The notes: a model not told the origin generated them from the letters alone. DNA of 64,000 nucleotides from Torpedo marmorata (GCA_977017645.1 OZ360257.1:15376001-15440000); one strand, 5' to 3'; numbered from the stretch's first letter, positions 38,480-53,424 are shown. Numbers and translations are program-made.

Positions 38480-39370
38480 CACAGAACGTAAAATATAGAA
38501 CACACTGCAGAACCTTCAGTACACGACGTTGTGCCAATTTACCTGAACCCATTCCACAACAATATAATTTCCCAAGCGCACACCTATAACGCTTTATATT
38601 TCTTACACCCTGTTCCTATCTTGGAGACATTAGAATGTCCCTCTTGCAGCAATCTCCGCCACCACAGGCAATGATTTCGAGAGCCCAACCACTATCTGTT
38701 TAAAAACGTACCTTCCACATTTGCCTTAAAGTTCCTTTACTCACCTTAATAAGCTGTCCTCCGGTATTAACTATTGTCGCCCCAGGAAACAGGTGCTGAA
38801 TGTCCAAACTTTATAAGCCTCTTCATAACCTTATATACCTCTGTTTATTCACCTGTCATCCACAGAGAAAAGCTCTATCTCTGTCAACCTTGCTCCATAT
38901 GACATGGTCTCCAATCCAGGCAATAAGATATCCTGATAAATATCTGCACCCTCTCTAATGCATCTACATACTTGCAGTAACAAAGCGAACAGAACTGAAC
39001 GCAATATTCCAAGTGTGGTCTCACCAGAGGTTTATGGGTCTGCAACAATTCCTCTCGGCTTTTATCCGACGAATGAAGGCCAACCCACCATACACCTTCT
39101 TGACCAGCGCGTCAACTAGCGCAGCAACCTTAAGGGGTGTACTAACATGGACCCCAAGATCTCTCAATTCCTCCAAACTGTTAGAAAGTCTGCCATTAAC
39201 ACGCACTCCGCCTTCGATTCGACCTCCAAAGTGCACTATACTTAACCGTATAGAACTCAATCTGCCACTTCTCTGCCCAACTCAGCATCGTGTCTATATC
39301 CCGTTATAACCCACGACAGCCTTCTGCACTCCAGACAACACTGTGAACCGTTGGATGATTAGCAAATGCA
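38480..39370 (-). mobile_element. Decayed minus-strand CR1 fragment at unit end (also 11610-11900, 23430-25340 split by L1, 50970-53900 split by L1, 59541-59835)
   Basis: Minus-strand WAEKWQIEFNTVKC.V.HFGG, RDLGVHV..PLKVA, VKK.YG and LVRPHLEYCV. Confidence 0.82.
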
Positions 39371-40258
39371 AAGAAAATAGAGCACAGAAAGAAACTCTCT
39401 GATTGGACTTGATGCCTTCGAACCAACCCTCAGCGTTGATGCATTACCCCAAATACCACAGGCGATCCAAACACTCCTCGGATCTGTGTGGCGTTTGCAA
39501 CAAGAATTAACCCAGCATTTCAAGCGGGACGGTTCACGTCACAGTTCGGCGGAATGCATTTACAGCGTCAGCGACGCGGGTTCAAATACAGCGCTGCCCT
39601 GGAAGGAGTTTTATTGCTTTCCCTCGTGAACTGCTCGGTTTCCCCGGGTACTCTGGTTCCTTCCCACTCACGAAAAAAAGTGTGGGGTTGGCATGTTCAG
39701 TGGATGTCATTTGGCAGCACGGTCGTGTGTATAGTTTAAATAAAAGTTCAGTCAAGCCAGCATGGCAGTTGACGAGTGAAAACAAATCATCAGTTCAGAC
39801 CGACTGATGAACCTGTGAAAGCTCATGGCAACAAAGTTATTTTCAGGTATATAATAATGAAAAGGAAAATATGTGTGATAATGAGGATCATTGGGAACAA
39901 AGAACAGAGAGAATTGCGAACAAGTCACCCCAGGGACGAGGTTAAAGCGAAGCAAATGGAGATAGATGAAGGCGACACTCCAGTGTCACGGTTCCACGTC
40001 AGGTGATGCGGCGAGCTCGCACCTGAACCTTGTTTATTACGATAACACGTGTTAATTACTCTGGGCGGAGCGATCACAGGACATTAACTTAGAACGAACA
40101 GATAAGGTTTGTTAAATCGAGTATGTGAAGGTGTTATGTAATTTAATGTCCCAGTAGAACGGCTGTCCTATAAATTAGGCTTCACAGTGAAACTCTTCAT
40201 TTTCACATATTCACATGTGCTGTAGAGAAACCGCTCTTATCCTCAAAAGATACCACGA

Positions 40259-40310
40259 ATGGACGCCACAGAGATCTTCTATCCCATTCTTGCAATTGTC
40301 GGCATTCCTG
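40259..40310 (+). CDS. GPR139-like GPCR copy 4, coding exon 1 (MDATEIFYPILAIVGIP-G)
   Basis: ATG at 40259; donor GTAAGT at 40311. Confidence 0.85.
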
Positions 40311-42099
40311 GTAAGTGATTTTCCTGCGATCTCGACCGCGTGTTTTCTGGTTGTCCGTNNNNNNNNNNNNNNNNNNNNNNNNNNNNNNNNNNNNNNNNNN
40401 NNNNNNNNNNNNNNNNNNNNNNNNNNNNNNNNNNNNNNNNNNNNNNNNNNNNNNNNNNNNNNNNNNNNNNNNNNNNNNNNNNNNNNNTCGTCGCTCTGCC
40501 AGGATTTAAAGAATCTATTGACCTGACGTTGTTGAAGTTAGACAATGTCCAGTCGCTAGAAAATAAAACCGAAGACCTCTGAGCAATGCTGCTATATCAG
40601 AGACAGTTGAGACAAATCTCAGTTATTTGCTGCTGCGAGTCCTGTCCAACAGAAAACACAAAGAACGCTGCGATCCGACCAGGGGTTTTAACCATTCACA
40701 GGCTGGACTGGGACATGGATTCTGGCAAAGTGATAGGTCACAGTGTTTGCTTTCCTGTTAATATCGGTTGGTGCACGGACGTTGGTGTTCTATCGAAATC
40801 GTCCTCCAGTGGCGGAGAGCAGATATCGATCAAATGAAAACTCTTCAATGTACCCCGAGGTTTCTCATCAGTTATTCTCACCCGAGTTTATCCTCTTCCG
40901 ACACCAATTACAAACAGGCACGTGCGGAGCTGCATGACGTGGTCAGTAAACAAGCCCACCCCGAGACACTTCCAGTCACAGTCGTTGAGTTTAACCAGGC
41001 CTGTCTTAAGAAAGCCCTGCGCATATATCACCAGCACGTAACCTGCTGTACCAGAGACACCAGCTCATTTGATCATTGCGACGACAACATAAGGAATGCC
41101 TACGTTCTTTCATGATACAGCATGTAGGTGTTTGCTGTCCACCCCATCTAAACCCCTCATGATGTTGTCTACCCCCAATAATTCACCTCTTCCCCTTCAT
41201 CGCAGTAGAGAAAAGCCACAGCTCTGTAAACCTTCCTTCATATGATAGGTTATGCAATCCAGGCAACACCTTTTCACACTCTCCAGAGCATCCAGATATT
41301 TCCTATAAGGAGGCAACCTTAACTGAACGCAACGATTTGAACTGTTTATCGTCACGTATCCGGGTAAAGGTGAAAAGGCGTTATTTTGCCTGCTATCCAG
41401 GCAAGTCAAGCCACATAAAATACAGCAGGCAGCGCAAGGATAAAAAATAGTACAGGTGATAGTGTTACAATAAAGTACAGAATGACGTTTTAAAGACAGG
41501 AGTGCTGTTAATCTATGCAAGTCATTACGTTTTACTCATGAGAGTTCTATTCAAAAGCCTGCCAGCAGGAATGCAAGTGCCCTTGAACCTGGTTGGGTGC
41601 GTTTTGTCCAATCTCGTTCTTCTTGTGCCCGGCGGCAGGGAGAAGGAGAGACTGCGGGAGGGGTGGAACAGATTCTTGAGCATGTACAGTGATTATTTAT
41701 CCGGGTGACGGCGGGAGATATGGACGAAGTCGATGGACGGGGGATTGGATTATTGATAACACTGATTGCGTTCATTACACTCCGTGGTTTCTTGAGACTC
41801 CGAGGTCAGCAGTTTCCACACCAATCTGTGATGCACCCGCACCGGACACTTTCTATTGTTCATCTGCACACAACGGACAGGGTCAACGGGGGCATGCCGA
41901 AATTCCTCCGCTTCTGAGGAAGTGAAAGCGTTGCTGCGCTTTCCATTCCGTAGTGCCAATGTAATGTTGGCAACCGCATAATTTAGAGGAGCATACAAAT
42001 GTTTCGATTACGTTAATCCCAAAGATTCCATTGTAAAAATTACGTTAAAGATGTTGGCTTGTTTTTCTGGTAGTTTCCTGGTTTTCCATCTTGTTACAG

Positions 42100-43013
42100 G
42101 TAACCTGCTCTCGATTGTGGTCCTGTCCCGGGGAATGTGCGGCCTCTCCAAAGGAGTGATTCGTTACATGGTAACCATGGCAGTTGCAGACACAATGGTC
42201 TGTGTGTTTAACGTTACAGTGTCATTCGTCTTCCGCCATTATTTTCAGGGTTCATTCTGGGCCCACACCACCACTTGTCGCCTTACAGACTTCATACAGA
42301 AATCCAGCGTGCAATTCACTGTCTGGGCCACGGTATCGTTCACAGTGGACCGCTTCATTGCCATTTGTTGCCAGCAATTCAAAACAAAATATTGTACCGA
42401 AAGAAACGCCACGGTGGTTCTTACAACTGTGGGTCTGCTGACCTTTGTGATGCACATTCCAGCTTATTTCCGGTATGAACCCCATTACATTGCGGGTGAT
42501 GTCCAATGGGGCTGCCGAACTATAACACAATACATTTCTTCACCAGCATGGCAGACTTACAGATGGTTGTCTAAACTTATGGTACCACTCGTGCCGCTGC
42601 CGCTGATGTTGCTGTTGAATTCTCTCACCATCCGACACATTTTACTTGTCAGCAGAGCTCGGAAGGCTTTGAAGCGCCGTGGGGACGGTCAGGTATTTGA
42701 TCCCGAGATGACGAACCGGAGAACGTCCATTATATTGCTCTTCGCCATTTCTGGTACCTTCATAGCGTTGTGGACACCGGTTACGATAATTGACCAATAT
42801 TTCCATCTCACCGCAAGTTTTTTGATCGACGCCCCGAAGTCACTGCTTCTGGCAATTAGAATCGCGATTCTGCTGATGTATTTGAGCTGCTGCACAAACA
42901 CTTGTGTTTATGCGTTGACACAGAGTAGATTCCGGGATGAGGTGAAGAAGGTGGCAAAATATCCATTTATTGCCCTTGTACGGTTTTTAAAACCTATGAC
43001 GCAGCCACAATGA
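42100..43013 (+). CDS. GPR139-like GPCR copy 4, exon 2
   Basis: Acceptor ends at 42099; open 914-nt exon with 7TM motifs. Confidence 0.93.
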
Positions 43014-43468
43014 ATCAGAGATCATGGCCCTGTTCCTCCGTCCGCTTCCAATGTCGAATCTCGTCCTTTTTCTTTATAATTCCCTGTAACGTAAGCTCCG
43101 TAAACAAAGCCAACCACACACACCATTCCCACACCAGCAATTCGGGACGTGTCCTCCTGTACTGCTAAATGGAGGCCATCCGCAAATTAGGCGACTACTG
43201 GATAACTGGATATTGTAAATGTCCAAACAATTAAATGAAACGTTCAACGACGTACTGTATGAATCACATTTTTCCCAGGTTAATCAATATTTCAAATTTG
43301 AGTTCAGGTTGGTTGTCGCATGTACGATGACCTCATGAGAGTGTTTTTTGATTTGATTTTTTTACAACATACCAGTTGGCATCTCATCATCGAAGAAGGA
43401 GTGAGACGCAACTAAAAAGTGCAGAGTTACAGAGAAGGAGAGAAAGTGAGAGTACGAGAGAGATAACG

Positions 43469-43469
<1 letters not shown>

Positions 43470-43507
<38 letters not shown>

Positions 43508-43697
43508 AATGGAGAGAGAGAGGGAGAGAGAGAGAGAGAGAGAGAAATGGAGAGAGAGAGGGAGCGAGACAGAGAGACAGAGAGAGTGAGAGAGTGATTG
43601 AGCGAGAGACAGAGACACACACATAGAGAGAGAGAGAGAGAGAGAGAGTCAGACAGACAGAGACAGAGAGATGGGAGAGGGAGAAATAGAGAGAGAG
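43470..43697. repeat. (GA)n-rich tract ~450 nt downstream of the stop codon (also ~16005-16182, 29437-29613, 62743-62853; N-masked at 3937-4144)
   Basis: Direct observation. Confidence 0.9.
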
Positions 43698-45411
43698 TTC
43701 AGTTGGTACGGAACAAAGGAGACATTATTTCACTATCTTGGGACAAATACAGAAAACGCAGAGATTTCTCATCAGTCCTGGTCGTCTGTGCCAGATCTTT
43801 TAAGGAAATTCCGCTGGAGAGCAGAATCGAACGTCATCGGGTCAAGCAATTGCAAATTCGTTTCTTATTCAATTTTTAAAAAGGCAGTATCCCAAACACA
43901 GGCCGTGTCATATTTAATGTTCTGTAATATAACATAACAATAAAATAAACTTGAATCATCAATTTCGGGAGGATACAGATCAGGTGAAAACTTGGACAGG
44001 GCGTTGCCAGCAGGACTTTAATACTGACAACTCCAAATAGTGCACTGCATATGCACTAAATGTTCCAGCAGGAAGGAAACGTGATGAACAGAGAGACATG
44101 GGGGTCTGAATTCATAGTTGCCTGAAAGCAGCAACACGGTTTTTAGGGTGATGGTCCCTTCCTAGTTCATACGATCTCGAATTTCACAAACACTGTTCAG
44201 ACTGTACTTGAAGTATTGTTTGCAGTTCTGGTCGCCACACTATTTATGTGATTGGACCGGAGATGTTGCAGAGGAAATTCACCAGGATGTTGCCTGGAAA
44301 GGAGGACGAGCTGTGGAAGGTGCTTAATAGGAAGGGGCCTATTTTCCCTGGAGCACAGCAGGTTTATGAGCGAGCTGGGAAATATAAGTAAGATGATGAG
44401 AGTCACCGATAGGGAAGATGTTCAAAACCTATTTCTAATGGCAGGGTTAACAAAAGTAAGTGGACACGAGTTTAAGGTTAATTTTAAGAGGGATCTGAGA
44501 GATTGTATTTTTAAACAGGCATATGAAGCAAAGAAATATGCTGGAGGAACTCAGTAGGTCGAGCATCATTCGTGGAGAAAGGAAACATCGACGTTTCGGG
44601 TCAGAACCCTTCATCACGTTTAATATTTGATTTGCTCTTCTCGGGGATGCGGTGAAGTCAGATATAATTCTCCAAACACATCAGTAAGGAAGCCACTGTT
44701 TCTTTGGGTGCTGCTCTTGACTCAATTACCTTCATGACGTTGTCTCTCTCGTATTCGGTGATGATCTATTTTATTACCCCGGACGTCTGCTCAACAGCAG
44801 AATTCCAGACAATGGGTTCTAATTTCCTTAACCATCACTATGAACAGTGGGATGACGAGCAGAACTCTCTTATCCAGCAGAACTGTTCCTGAATCAGCAA
44901 AAACGTAACAGGTTAATACTTGAAACTTGTGCTGCTTCCACTCGGCTCCATAATCATATGTGGGTTAATCTAAACATGAACAATTTGTTGGAGAATTCGG
45001 AAAATCAATTTCAATTTGCTATTTTTCATCCGAATTATTTGATCTGATTTTTGTGTGGATTTCAGAACAATTATGTTTCCAACCCAAAGGCAAAATGATA
45101 TAGTACTTTTCAAGATTCCAACCGCGTGAATTTAAACAATACTAAGTAACAGGCAAATCATCACAAGTTCTAGGGTTTGTTGGTTGTTTCACGAATCTAT
45201 AAATACACATCGCCACTATAATAATGCGATGTGGATATATTTTCTTTGGAATTATACGTTTTCCTGATCGACATCAGCAGTTATGACTTGATTTAATCTA
45301 TTTGCTCCAATGAAAATCTGCGAATAATGACAATCATTTTGTGTTCATGTGTCATTATGTGTCAGGCTTACTTTATTGATAAGTCAGGCATTGCTGTGAA
45401 TTCCATTAAGC

Positions 45412-45543
45412 CAGTGGTTTTCACACTTATTATTTCCACTCACATACCACCTTATATAATCCCTCACTAATCACAGAGCAACTATGATATACGGATTACT
45501 TAATGTGGTGTGTGAGTTTGAAGAAAAAGTTTGAAAACCACTG
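45412..45543. mobile_element. hAT-like MITE, single-hairpin form, unit 4
   Basis: Same TIRs and flanks (CATTAAGC/CATTAAAC) but only 132 bp. Confidence 0.72.
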
Positions 45544-48299
45544 CATTAAACTAAATGGCGCAACTGCATCTCATCTGTCCAATCATGGAGTGACCAGTAA
45601 TTTTAGAGAACGAAAAAAATAACAATCCTATTCTTAGAATAGTTCGTGTACATCGTAAGCCATGTAACATCTGCTAAATCTTTTTTTCTTACTCGAGTTT
45701 TCAAGTCAAGTTTTTTGTCATCTGATTGTACAAGTACAACCCGACGAAACAGCGTTCCCTGGTGTAGGTGCAAAGCATGCAGACATACAACCAGACATAA
45801 CACACATACAGACAAATAATACATATTTACGTCATACATATAATACATTTTAATGCACAGCTTCTCCAACCGGCGCAATGCTCTTGTCCATTGAATAAAC
45901 GCGTTGCTTTTGCTGACGTCAGTTCCCAAATTTATAGAAACAATTCCCAAGTGTTCGTGTTGCATTTCGATTTTTAATATACTGCAGCAAAATGTGGTGA
46001 CATAAAATTGAGGGAATTAATGGAAAATTGCTAATGGTTTAGCTTTGCACGTGGCGAAATAATTTGTAATGGTAGTCAACCACTCAGAAAAGATCCCCGC
46101 ATGCCGATCCAATATAAGGAAGTTATGTGCGCTACATTGCTTTATTTCAAAGAGATTTTCCGCCGCTCACGTTCAATTCAAGAAACAGTCTGGTGGCTTT
46201 TGTTTCCTCGAATTACCTCCAGCTAAAGGATTTGAGACAGCAGGATCAGAGCAGCCTGTGTGTTCCAAGTACAAGCAGCAGCTACATGGACCTTCCCAGT
46301 TCTCCAGACAGTTGTAGATCTCGATCAAAACAAGGCTGCAATACCATCCTAGCAACGAAAATTATCCATAATTATTTGGAGGATTTGGGCATGATTCGTC
46401 GTCTGATTTTTGACTTCCACCAATTATAATGTGCAGCAAGATCATGAAAGAAATGCCTTAAATCAAAGACAACAACAGGAATAGCATTTGGAAAGAAAAT
46501 TGAAAATACTTCCGAAGTCCAGGATGAATCCGCAGTTGGGGAGAAGGGGATTGATTAAGGAGAGTTAGCATAGCTTTGTTGTTGGCAGATTATATACAAC
46601 CAAGTTTGTGTTTGTTTCGATGAACAGCTCAATGTATCGATGAGAGTACTGCAGTTGATGAAGTTGACACGAATTTCGGTACGACTCTGTCAAATATCCA
46701 GATAATGGGCTTGCACAGTTCGCGTAGCGGTTAGTGCAACACATTTACAGGGCCAGTGTCCCGGGTTCGAACCCGGCCCTGTCTGTGAGGAGTTTGTCCG
46801 TTCTCCATGCGTCTGCGTTGGTTTCCTCCGGGTGATCCGGTTTCCTCCCACCCTTTAAAACGTAGTTTATTGGGGTATTTGAGCGGCACAGACTGTGGGC
46901 CAGAAAGGCCTGTTACGGTGCTGTATGTCTAAATAATGCACTGGTCCACAGATCAAGGAATCAAAGGCAATTTGGAAATTCGGATTCAATGTTTGCCTCG
47001 TAACAGAAGGTAATAGTTCATGATGGAAAACTGAATATAGATATAGAAATCTTCAACGTAGTAGAGGCCATTTAGCCCACAGTGTTATGCCAACCTAATA
47101 ATCTCCGCTTCCAATGGCCGAGAATTTCCGTCCTGTATAACGCTCATTAATTATCTCTCTGTTCCATGTACTAATATACTAGTTCTCTTAAAATATCCTA
47201 TTGTACCTGCCTCCAAAACATTTGTTAGCAGTGAATTGCATGCACCCACACCTCACTGTGTGAAGATCGTGCCTCTAACCTTCCCCATGTACTTAATCCG
47301 AAGCACTTTTAAATGCCCCCCCCCCCTGAATGGAGGTTTTCATTTGCGTCTGGAAACCTTTCTTGCACAGTGCCAAAACGTCAAACTATTGGGGAANNNN
47401 NNNNNNNNNNNNNNNNNNNNNNNNNNNNNNNNNNNNNNNNNNNNNNNNNNNNNNNNNNNNNNNNNNNNNNNNNNNNNNNNNNNNNNNNNNNNNNNNNNNN
47501 NNNNNNNNNNNNNNNNNNNNNNNNNNNNNNNNNNNNNNNNNNNNNNNNNNNNNNNNNNNNNNNNNNNNNNNNNNNNNNNNNNNNNNNNNNNNNNNNNTGT
47601 GNNNNNNNNNNNNNNNNNNNNNNNNNNNNNNNNNNNNNNNNNNNNNNNNNNNNNNNNNNNNNNNNNNNNNNNNNNNNNNNNNNNNNNNNNNNNNNNNNNN
47701 NNNNNNNNNNNNNNNNNNNNNNNNNNNNNNNNNNNNNNNNNNNNNNNNNNNNNNNNNNNNNNNNNNNNNNNNNNNNNNNNNNNNNNNNNNNNNNNNNNNN
47801 NNNNNNNNNNNNNNNNNNNNNNNNNNNNNNNNNNNNNNNNNNNNNNNNNNNNNNNNNNNNNNNNNNNNNNNNNNNNNNNNNNNNNNNNNNNNNNNNNNNN
47901 NNNNNNNNNNNNNNNNNNNNNNNNNNNNNNNNNNNNNNNNNNNNNNNNNNNNNNNNNNNNNNNNNNNNNNNNNNNNNNNNNNNNNNNNNNNNNNNNNNNN
48001 NNNATAGTGGAGTTTTCGGGTCGATACTTTTCCTCAGGGCCATGCTTGAAGTTCAGCTCAGCAAGGTGAGGTTTGACTCTCTTTTCAGGAGCGATGGATC
48101 TGATCTCGGCTCCCATATGACATCAACGTTATTAAAGTAAATGCGCACAAGTCTAAGGAGAGCAAACATGCAGTCTCATCGCGCTTATGCCACTCTCTTA
48201 AAACTACCAGAGCAACGTGGTTCAATAATAATATAATTGCAGCAGATCACGAAGTGTCTGCTGTTCTACCCTTCAGATCAGAGAACATTATTAATCTAA

Positions 48300-49690
48300 A
48301 TCTCTAAAAAGGGTAATAGAGAGTATCCTGAGAATTACAGACAGGTGAGGCTTACGTCAGTGGTGTGCAAACTATTGGAGAGGATTCTTAAGGACGGGAT
48401 TTATGAGTATTTGGAGAATTACAGTCGTCTGAGGGACATAAGCATGGTTTTGTGAGGGGATGGTCGTGCCTCATGAGCCTCATTGCATTTTCTGAGGAGA
48501 TAACAAAATATAAATAGGAAAGTGTGACGGTAGACCAGGTACATATGGATTTCAGTGAGGCGTTTAACAAGGTTCCCCATGAAAGACTCGATCAGAAAGA
48601 CATCAGGCATTCTTACCACGGAATCATGGCTGTGTGAATAAAAAATTGGCTTGCCTGTTGGAAGAAGAGGACGGAACAGAAATTATTCTGTCTGAACGTC
48701 AGTGACTAGTGGAGTTCCGCAGGTATATTTTCTTGAACCCTTGCTCTTTGTGATTTTTGGAAATGACCTCGATGAAAAGCGGAAGGGTGTGTCAGTAGGT
48801 TTGCAGACGATATAATGGTTGGAGGAGCAGCAGTTAGTGTTGAGGTTTGTAGTAGATTACAATGCAGAGATGGGCGCAAAAGTGGAAAATCGAGTTCAAT
48901 CCGGTTAAGTTTGTGAAGCATTTTGGAAGGTCAAACCTTTATGAATACTGCATTAATGGTCGGATACTTAAGAGTGTGGAGGAAGAGAGGGACCTTGAAG
49001 TTAAAATCCATAGATCTCTCAATGTTTCCGCGCAGGTTGATAGGATAGTTAAGAAGGCCTAGGGATGCTGGGTTTCAATAATAGGGGGATTGAGTTCAAT
49101 AGTATAGAGGTTATGTTGCAACTCGACACACCTCTGGTTAGACCATACTTATAGTATTTTATTCAGTTATGGCCACATCGTTATAGGAAGGCTGTGGAAT
49201 CTGTGGAGAGGGTGCGGAGGAGATTTACCAGGATATTGTCTGGATTGGAAAATGTCTTCCGAGGCAAGGTTAGTAGAGCAAGGACTTTTTTGTTTGGAGC
49301 GAATAAGGATGAGAGGTGACTTAATCAAAGTATATAAGAATATATACAATAGATAGGGTAGGCAGCAAGCGCCTTTTCGCAGGGAGGGAATGGCAAACAC
49401 CAGGGGACGTATGCACAAAGTGAAGGGAGGTAGGTTGAGGGGAGATATCAGAGGTAAATTATTCACACAGAGATGGAGGTGCCGGCAATGCCTTGCCAGG
49501 TTGGTGGTGAGGGCTTAAACATTCCGGGTATTAAGAGACTCGTAGACAGGCACATGGATGAACGAAAATTAGAGGATTCAGAGGTTGGAAGGTTTCAGTA
49601 TTTTCTTGGTAGGAATATAAAGGTCGGCACAACATTGAAGGCCGAACAGCCTGTACTGCGCTGTCATGTTCCATGTTCTATGTTCTATGT
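48300..49690 (+). mobile_element. Decayed CR1 LINE 3' part, unit 4
   Basis: Homolog of 20760-22150. Confidence 0.88.
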
Positions 49691-49738
49691 TTTGAAACAA
49701 CTTTGCTGCCAATCGTTATTCTGTTCCATGTAATTTAC

Positions 49739-50490
49739 GGCCTCTCAAAATGCATCTCTCAGTGGTTGCTGGGAAAGGCAGAAGCTGACTGAGAAGTTGT
49801 GAAACTGTATATGAATTGATTTTATATGAGATTAACGATCGGTATTTTCCACATTCAGACTTCAATCAGACTTCTCTCTGTAGAGTTATTCTGACCATGT
49901 TATTTATTTCCATTGACGATTCAATGTGACTAACTGTGGCTTTCATGTTCGATCGATTTTTTGCTATTTGTCACCAAAATCTACGAGCAAAATATTGCAC
50001 TGAAAATAATTCATCTCTAGCGAAAGCGCGGTGGAATTTTCCTCAACATTTGGAGAAAGCACCATTTTATTCACTAACCTCGGGAAGTAATTGATAACGT
50101 TGAATTATCCTGCAATGTAATATCATGCTTTTACACCTTATGAATTTGAGCAGTTATTCTCTGGCAGGAAAAAGTCTTTAACTCATTTGCTCTTTATGTC
50201 TTTATCTTGACGCCACATTCCCTGACCATCAGCCGCATTATACTGGCTAACCGAGCGAGGAGCAAACTCCGAAGAAGGAACAACAATGGGAACCGCAGTG
50301 TCACAGAGATGCGGAACCGCAGGAAACCGATAATGTTGCTGCTGGTCATTTCCAGCACGTTTATTCTCTTCAGGATGGCTTTCATATGCGTGCAATTTAC
50401 TGATAAGCAGTTTTTGGAAGGAAGCTGCAATGATACCTTCACCATTGCGGGATTGTCGGGTTATATGCTGATGTTTTCGAATTTTTGCCC
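49739..50490 (+). pseudogene. Decayed GPR139-like paralog, unit 4
   Basis: Same motifs (FDRFFAICH, KYCTE, EMRNRRKPIMLLL) with stops and frameshifts. Confidence 0.83.
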
Positions 50491-51372
50491 AATCCCATTG
50501 TTAACAATAGCGGTTAGAGCAACGCTATTTCAGCGCCAGCGACCCGGGTTCATTTCCGGCGCTACTGACAGGAGCTTATACGTTCTCCCCATGTCTACGT
50601 GTGTTTCCTCCGTGCCCTCCGGTTTCCTCCCAAATAAAAAAAAAAGTAAGGAGGTTGAAAGTTAATTGTGGCATTTTGGTGGCACGGGCTCGTGGGTCGG
50701 AAGTGCCTGTTCCCGTTCCGTATGCTACATTTAAAATTTAAACCACTTCATTGTTGCACTGTCCCCGAGAAAATTCAGAGAGGGTCTGAAGAATCTGTTG
50801 AAATTTCCAGTGACTCTTCTTACCAAGGCAAACAACAGCAAGGAATGACAGCAGTTTATTTTCTCAAATAACAAAATGAATAACCTCGAACAAAGTAAAC
50901 AAAAATCACTGCACGTGCATGATCACAAAGGGACCTTCAAATGAAAATTGGGTCTCTGGAAGGTGCAAAGAACATAAAATATACAACACACTGCAGACCC
51001 TTCTGTACACGATGTTGTGCCAATTTACCTAAACTCATTCCACAATAATATAATTTCCCAAGCGCACGCCTGTAACGCGAAATCTTTCTTACACCCTGTT
51101 CCTATCTTGGAGACATTGGAATGTCCCTATTGTTGCAACCTCCACCACCACCACAGGCAATGATTTCGAGGGACCAACCACTATCTGTATAAAAACGTAC
51201 CTCCCACATTTGCCTTAAAGTTTCCTTTACGCATCCGGTATTAACTATTGTCGTCTCAGGAAACAGGTGCTGAATGTCCAAACATCCTAAGCCCCCTCAT
51301 AATATTATATACCTTTGTTTATTCACCTGTCATCCACAGAGAAAAGCTCTATATTTGTCAACCTTGCTCCAT

Positions 51373-53424
51373 TAATATAAATGGGATTAAAGTAGGTGCA
51401 GAAGAGCATAAAATTAGTCTGTTTGCAGATGATGTATTAATATATATGACAAAATCTATTAAATCACTTCAACAATTAGATAAGATATTGAGGGATTATG
51501 GTGAGATATCTGGATATAAAATAAATTCGGATAAAAGTGAGATAATGGCTCTATCTCAAGGAGACTATACTAAATGTAAAGAAGTTACAAAATTTAAATG
51601 GGCTAAAGAAGCAATTAAATATTTGGGAGTTAAAGTAGATACAAAATTAGAAAATTTATATAAATTAAATTATATACCTTTATTTCAGAAAATAAAGAAA
51701 GATTTGGATAATTGGAAAGATTTACCTATAACTTTAATGGGAAGAGTGAATTGTATTAAAATGAATATTTTTCCAAGAGTTCAATATCTTTTTCAATCTA
51801 TACCTTATGGTATTCCTCAAAAATTTTTTAAAGATTTACAAATTATTATTAGAAAGTTTTTATGGAAAGGAAAATTGGCAAGGGTAAGTATAGATAAATT
51901 AACTTGGGAATATGAAATGGGTGGATTACAACTTCCTAATTTTCAATATTATTATAAGGCAGCACAATTAAAATTTATAAATGAATTTTTTGATTTAACT
52001 AAAAATACGGCTTGGATTAATATAGAATTGAGTAATATAGGGGAAAGATATAAGGAAGATATTATTTATAAATGGAATTCCAAATTATTATTGATTAAAA
52101 AGAAAAAGTCACCGATTATTAAACACTTATTGGAAATTTGGAATCATCTAGATAATGAAATAGGACGAAAAGGATCAATATCTTTAAATATGCCATTATA
52201 TCAGAACCTATTGTTACCTTTTTCTATTGATAATCAATTTTTAAAATTATGGTATCAAAAAGGAATTAAGAAGATTAAAGATTGTTTTGAGGCAGGAAGA
52301 TTTGTTACTTTTTCTAGATTGAAGGAAAAATTTGGAATAATGGACAATACAATTTTGGCTTATTATCAGGTTAAAGGATTTTTAGTTGAGAAATTAGGGA
52401 ATCAATTAATATCTCCTAGACAAGATGGGTTAGAGTTACTAATTACTAATGGAAATGTTAATAAATTTATATCACAAATGTATAAATTACTTCAGAGAAA
52501 GATGCCTAAAGTAGGACTACATAAATCTAGATTAAATTGGGAGTCAGATTTAAATATTAGTATAGACGAACAACATTGGAAAGAACTATGTAAATTGAGT
52601 ATGACTAAAATTATTAATGTTAGATATAGATTAGTACAATATAACTTTTTTCATCAATTATATATAACACCTAAAAAATTAAAGAAATTTAATCCGGCAT
52701 TATCAGATATGTGTTTTAGGTGTAAAGATGAAATAGGTTCTTTTGTACACTGTACATGGTCATGTTTAAAAATTCAAAATTTTTGCTCTAAAGTTAAGGA
52801 TTTTTTAGATAGAATTTTTAATATTACGATTCCAATGGACCCTATGATATTTCTATTTGGAGATATTAAAAAAATTAATATTAGAAATAGATTGAATATG
52901 TATCAAATAGAATTTTTACGATTTGTGTTAGCGATTTCAAAAAAATGTATCGCTATTACTTGGAAATCAGATTTAGATTTGAATTTGGATAGATTACATG
53001 CAGAGTTACGCACGTGTATACCATTGGAAAAAATTACCTATAATCTCCGAGATAAATACCATTTCTTTTTGAAAATGTGGAGCCCATATATGAGAATTAT
53101 GGGTATGAATTAATTCTCTAAAAGTTAGTAACGCTGACAAAAGTAACCTCCAATATATAAGTAGAGTTAGCTTGTAATGGTTTTCTCCTCATACTAACTC
53201 TCATAACTTTATTATTCATTCTATTCTTTTTTTTCTTTTAACTAATACTTTTTTTTCATATTTTTCTTTTTCTTTTATTAGAATAGTGAGGGAGGGTTGG
53301 GGAGGGGAGGGTGGGAGGGGGGGGAGGTAATATATCACATGTATTTTGAATAATATACTATTTTTGATCTATGTATTTTGTGATTTTAAAAATTAAATAA
53401 AATTATAAAAAAAAAATAAAAAAA
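51373..53424 (+). mobile_element. 5'-truncated L1-clade LINE (ORF2 RT C-terminal part, CCHC domain, 3'UTR, polyA)
   Basis: Uninterrupted frame to 53113 with KISLFADD, IKYLG and CFRC-x8-H-x4-C. AT-rich, G-rich 3'UTR tract, A tail. TSD AACCTTGCTCCAT at 51360-51372 and 53425-53437. Absent from other units. Confidence 0.95.

Noticed and set aside
47397-48003. N runs as assembly gaps hiding genes
   Set aside because: Flanks are colinear with sister units where the same position is a microsatellite, which fits masking.
51248-51372. Start of the 621-aa ORF
   Set aside because: Chance read-in from flanking antisense CR1 sequence; the L1 begins after the TSD at 51373.
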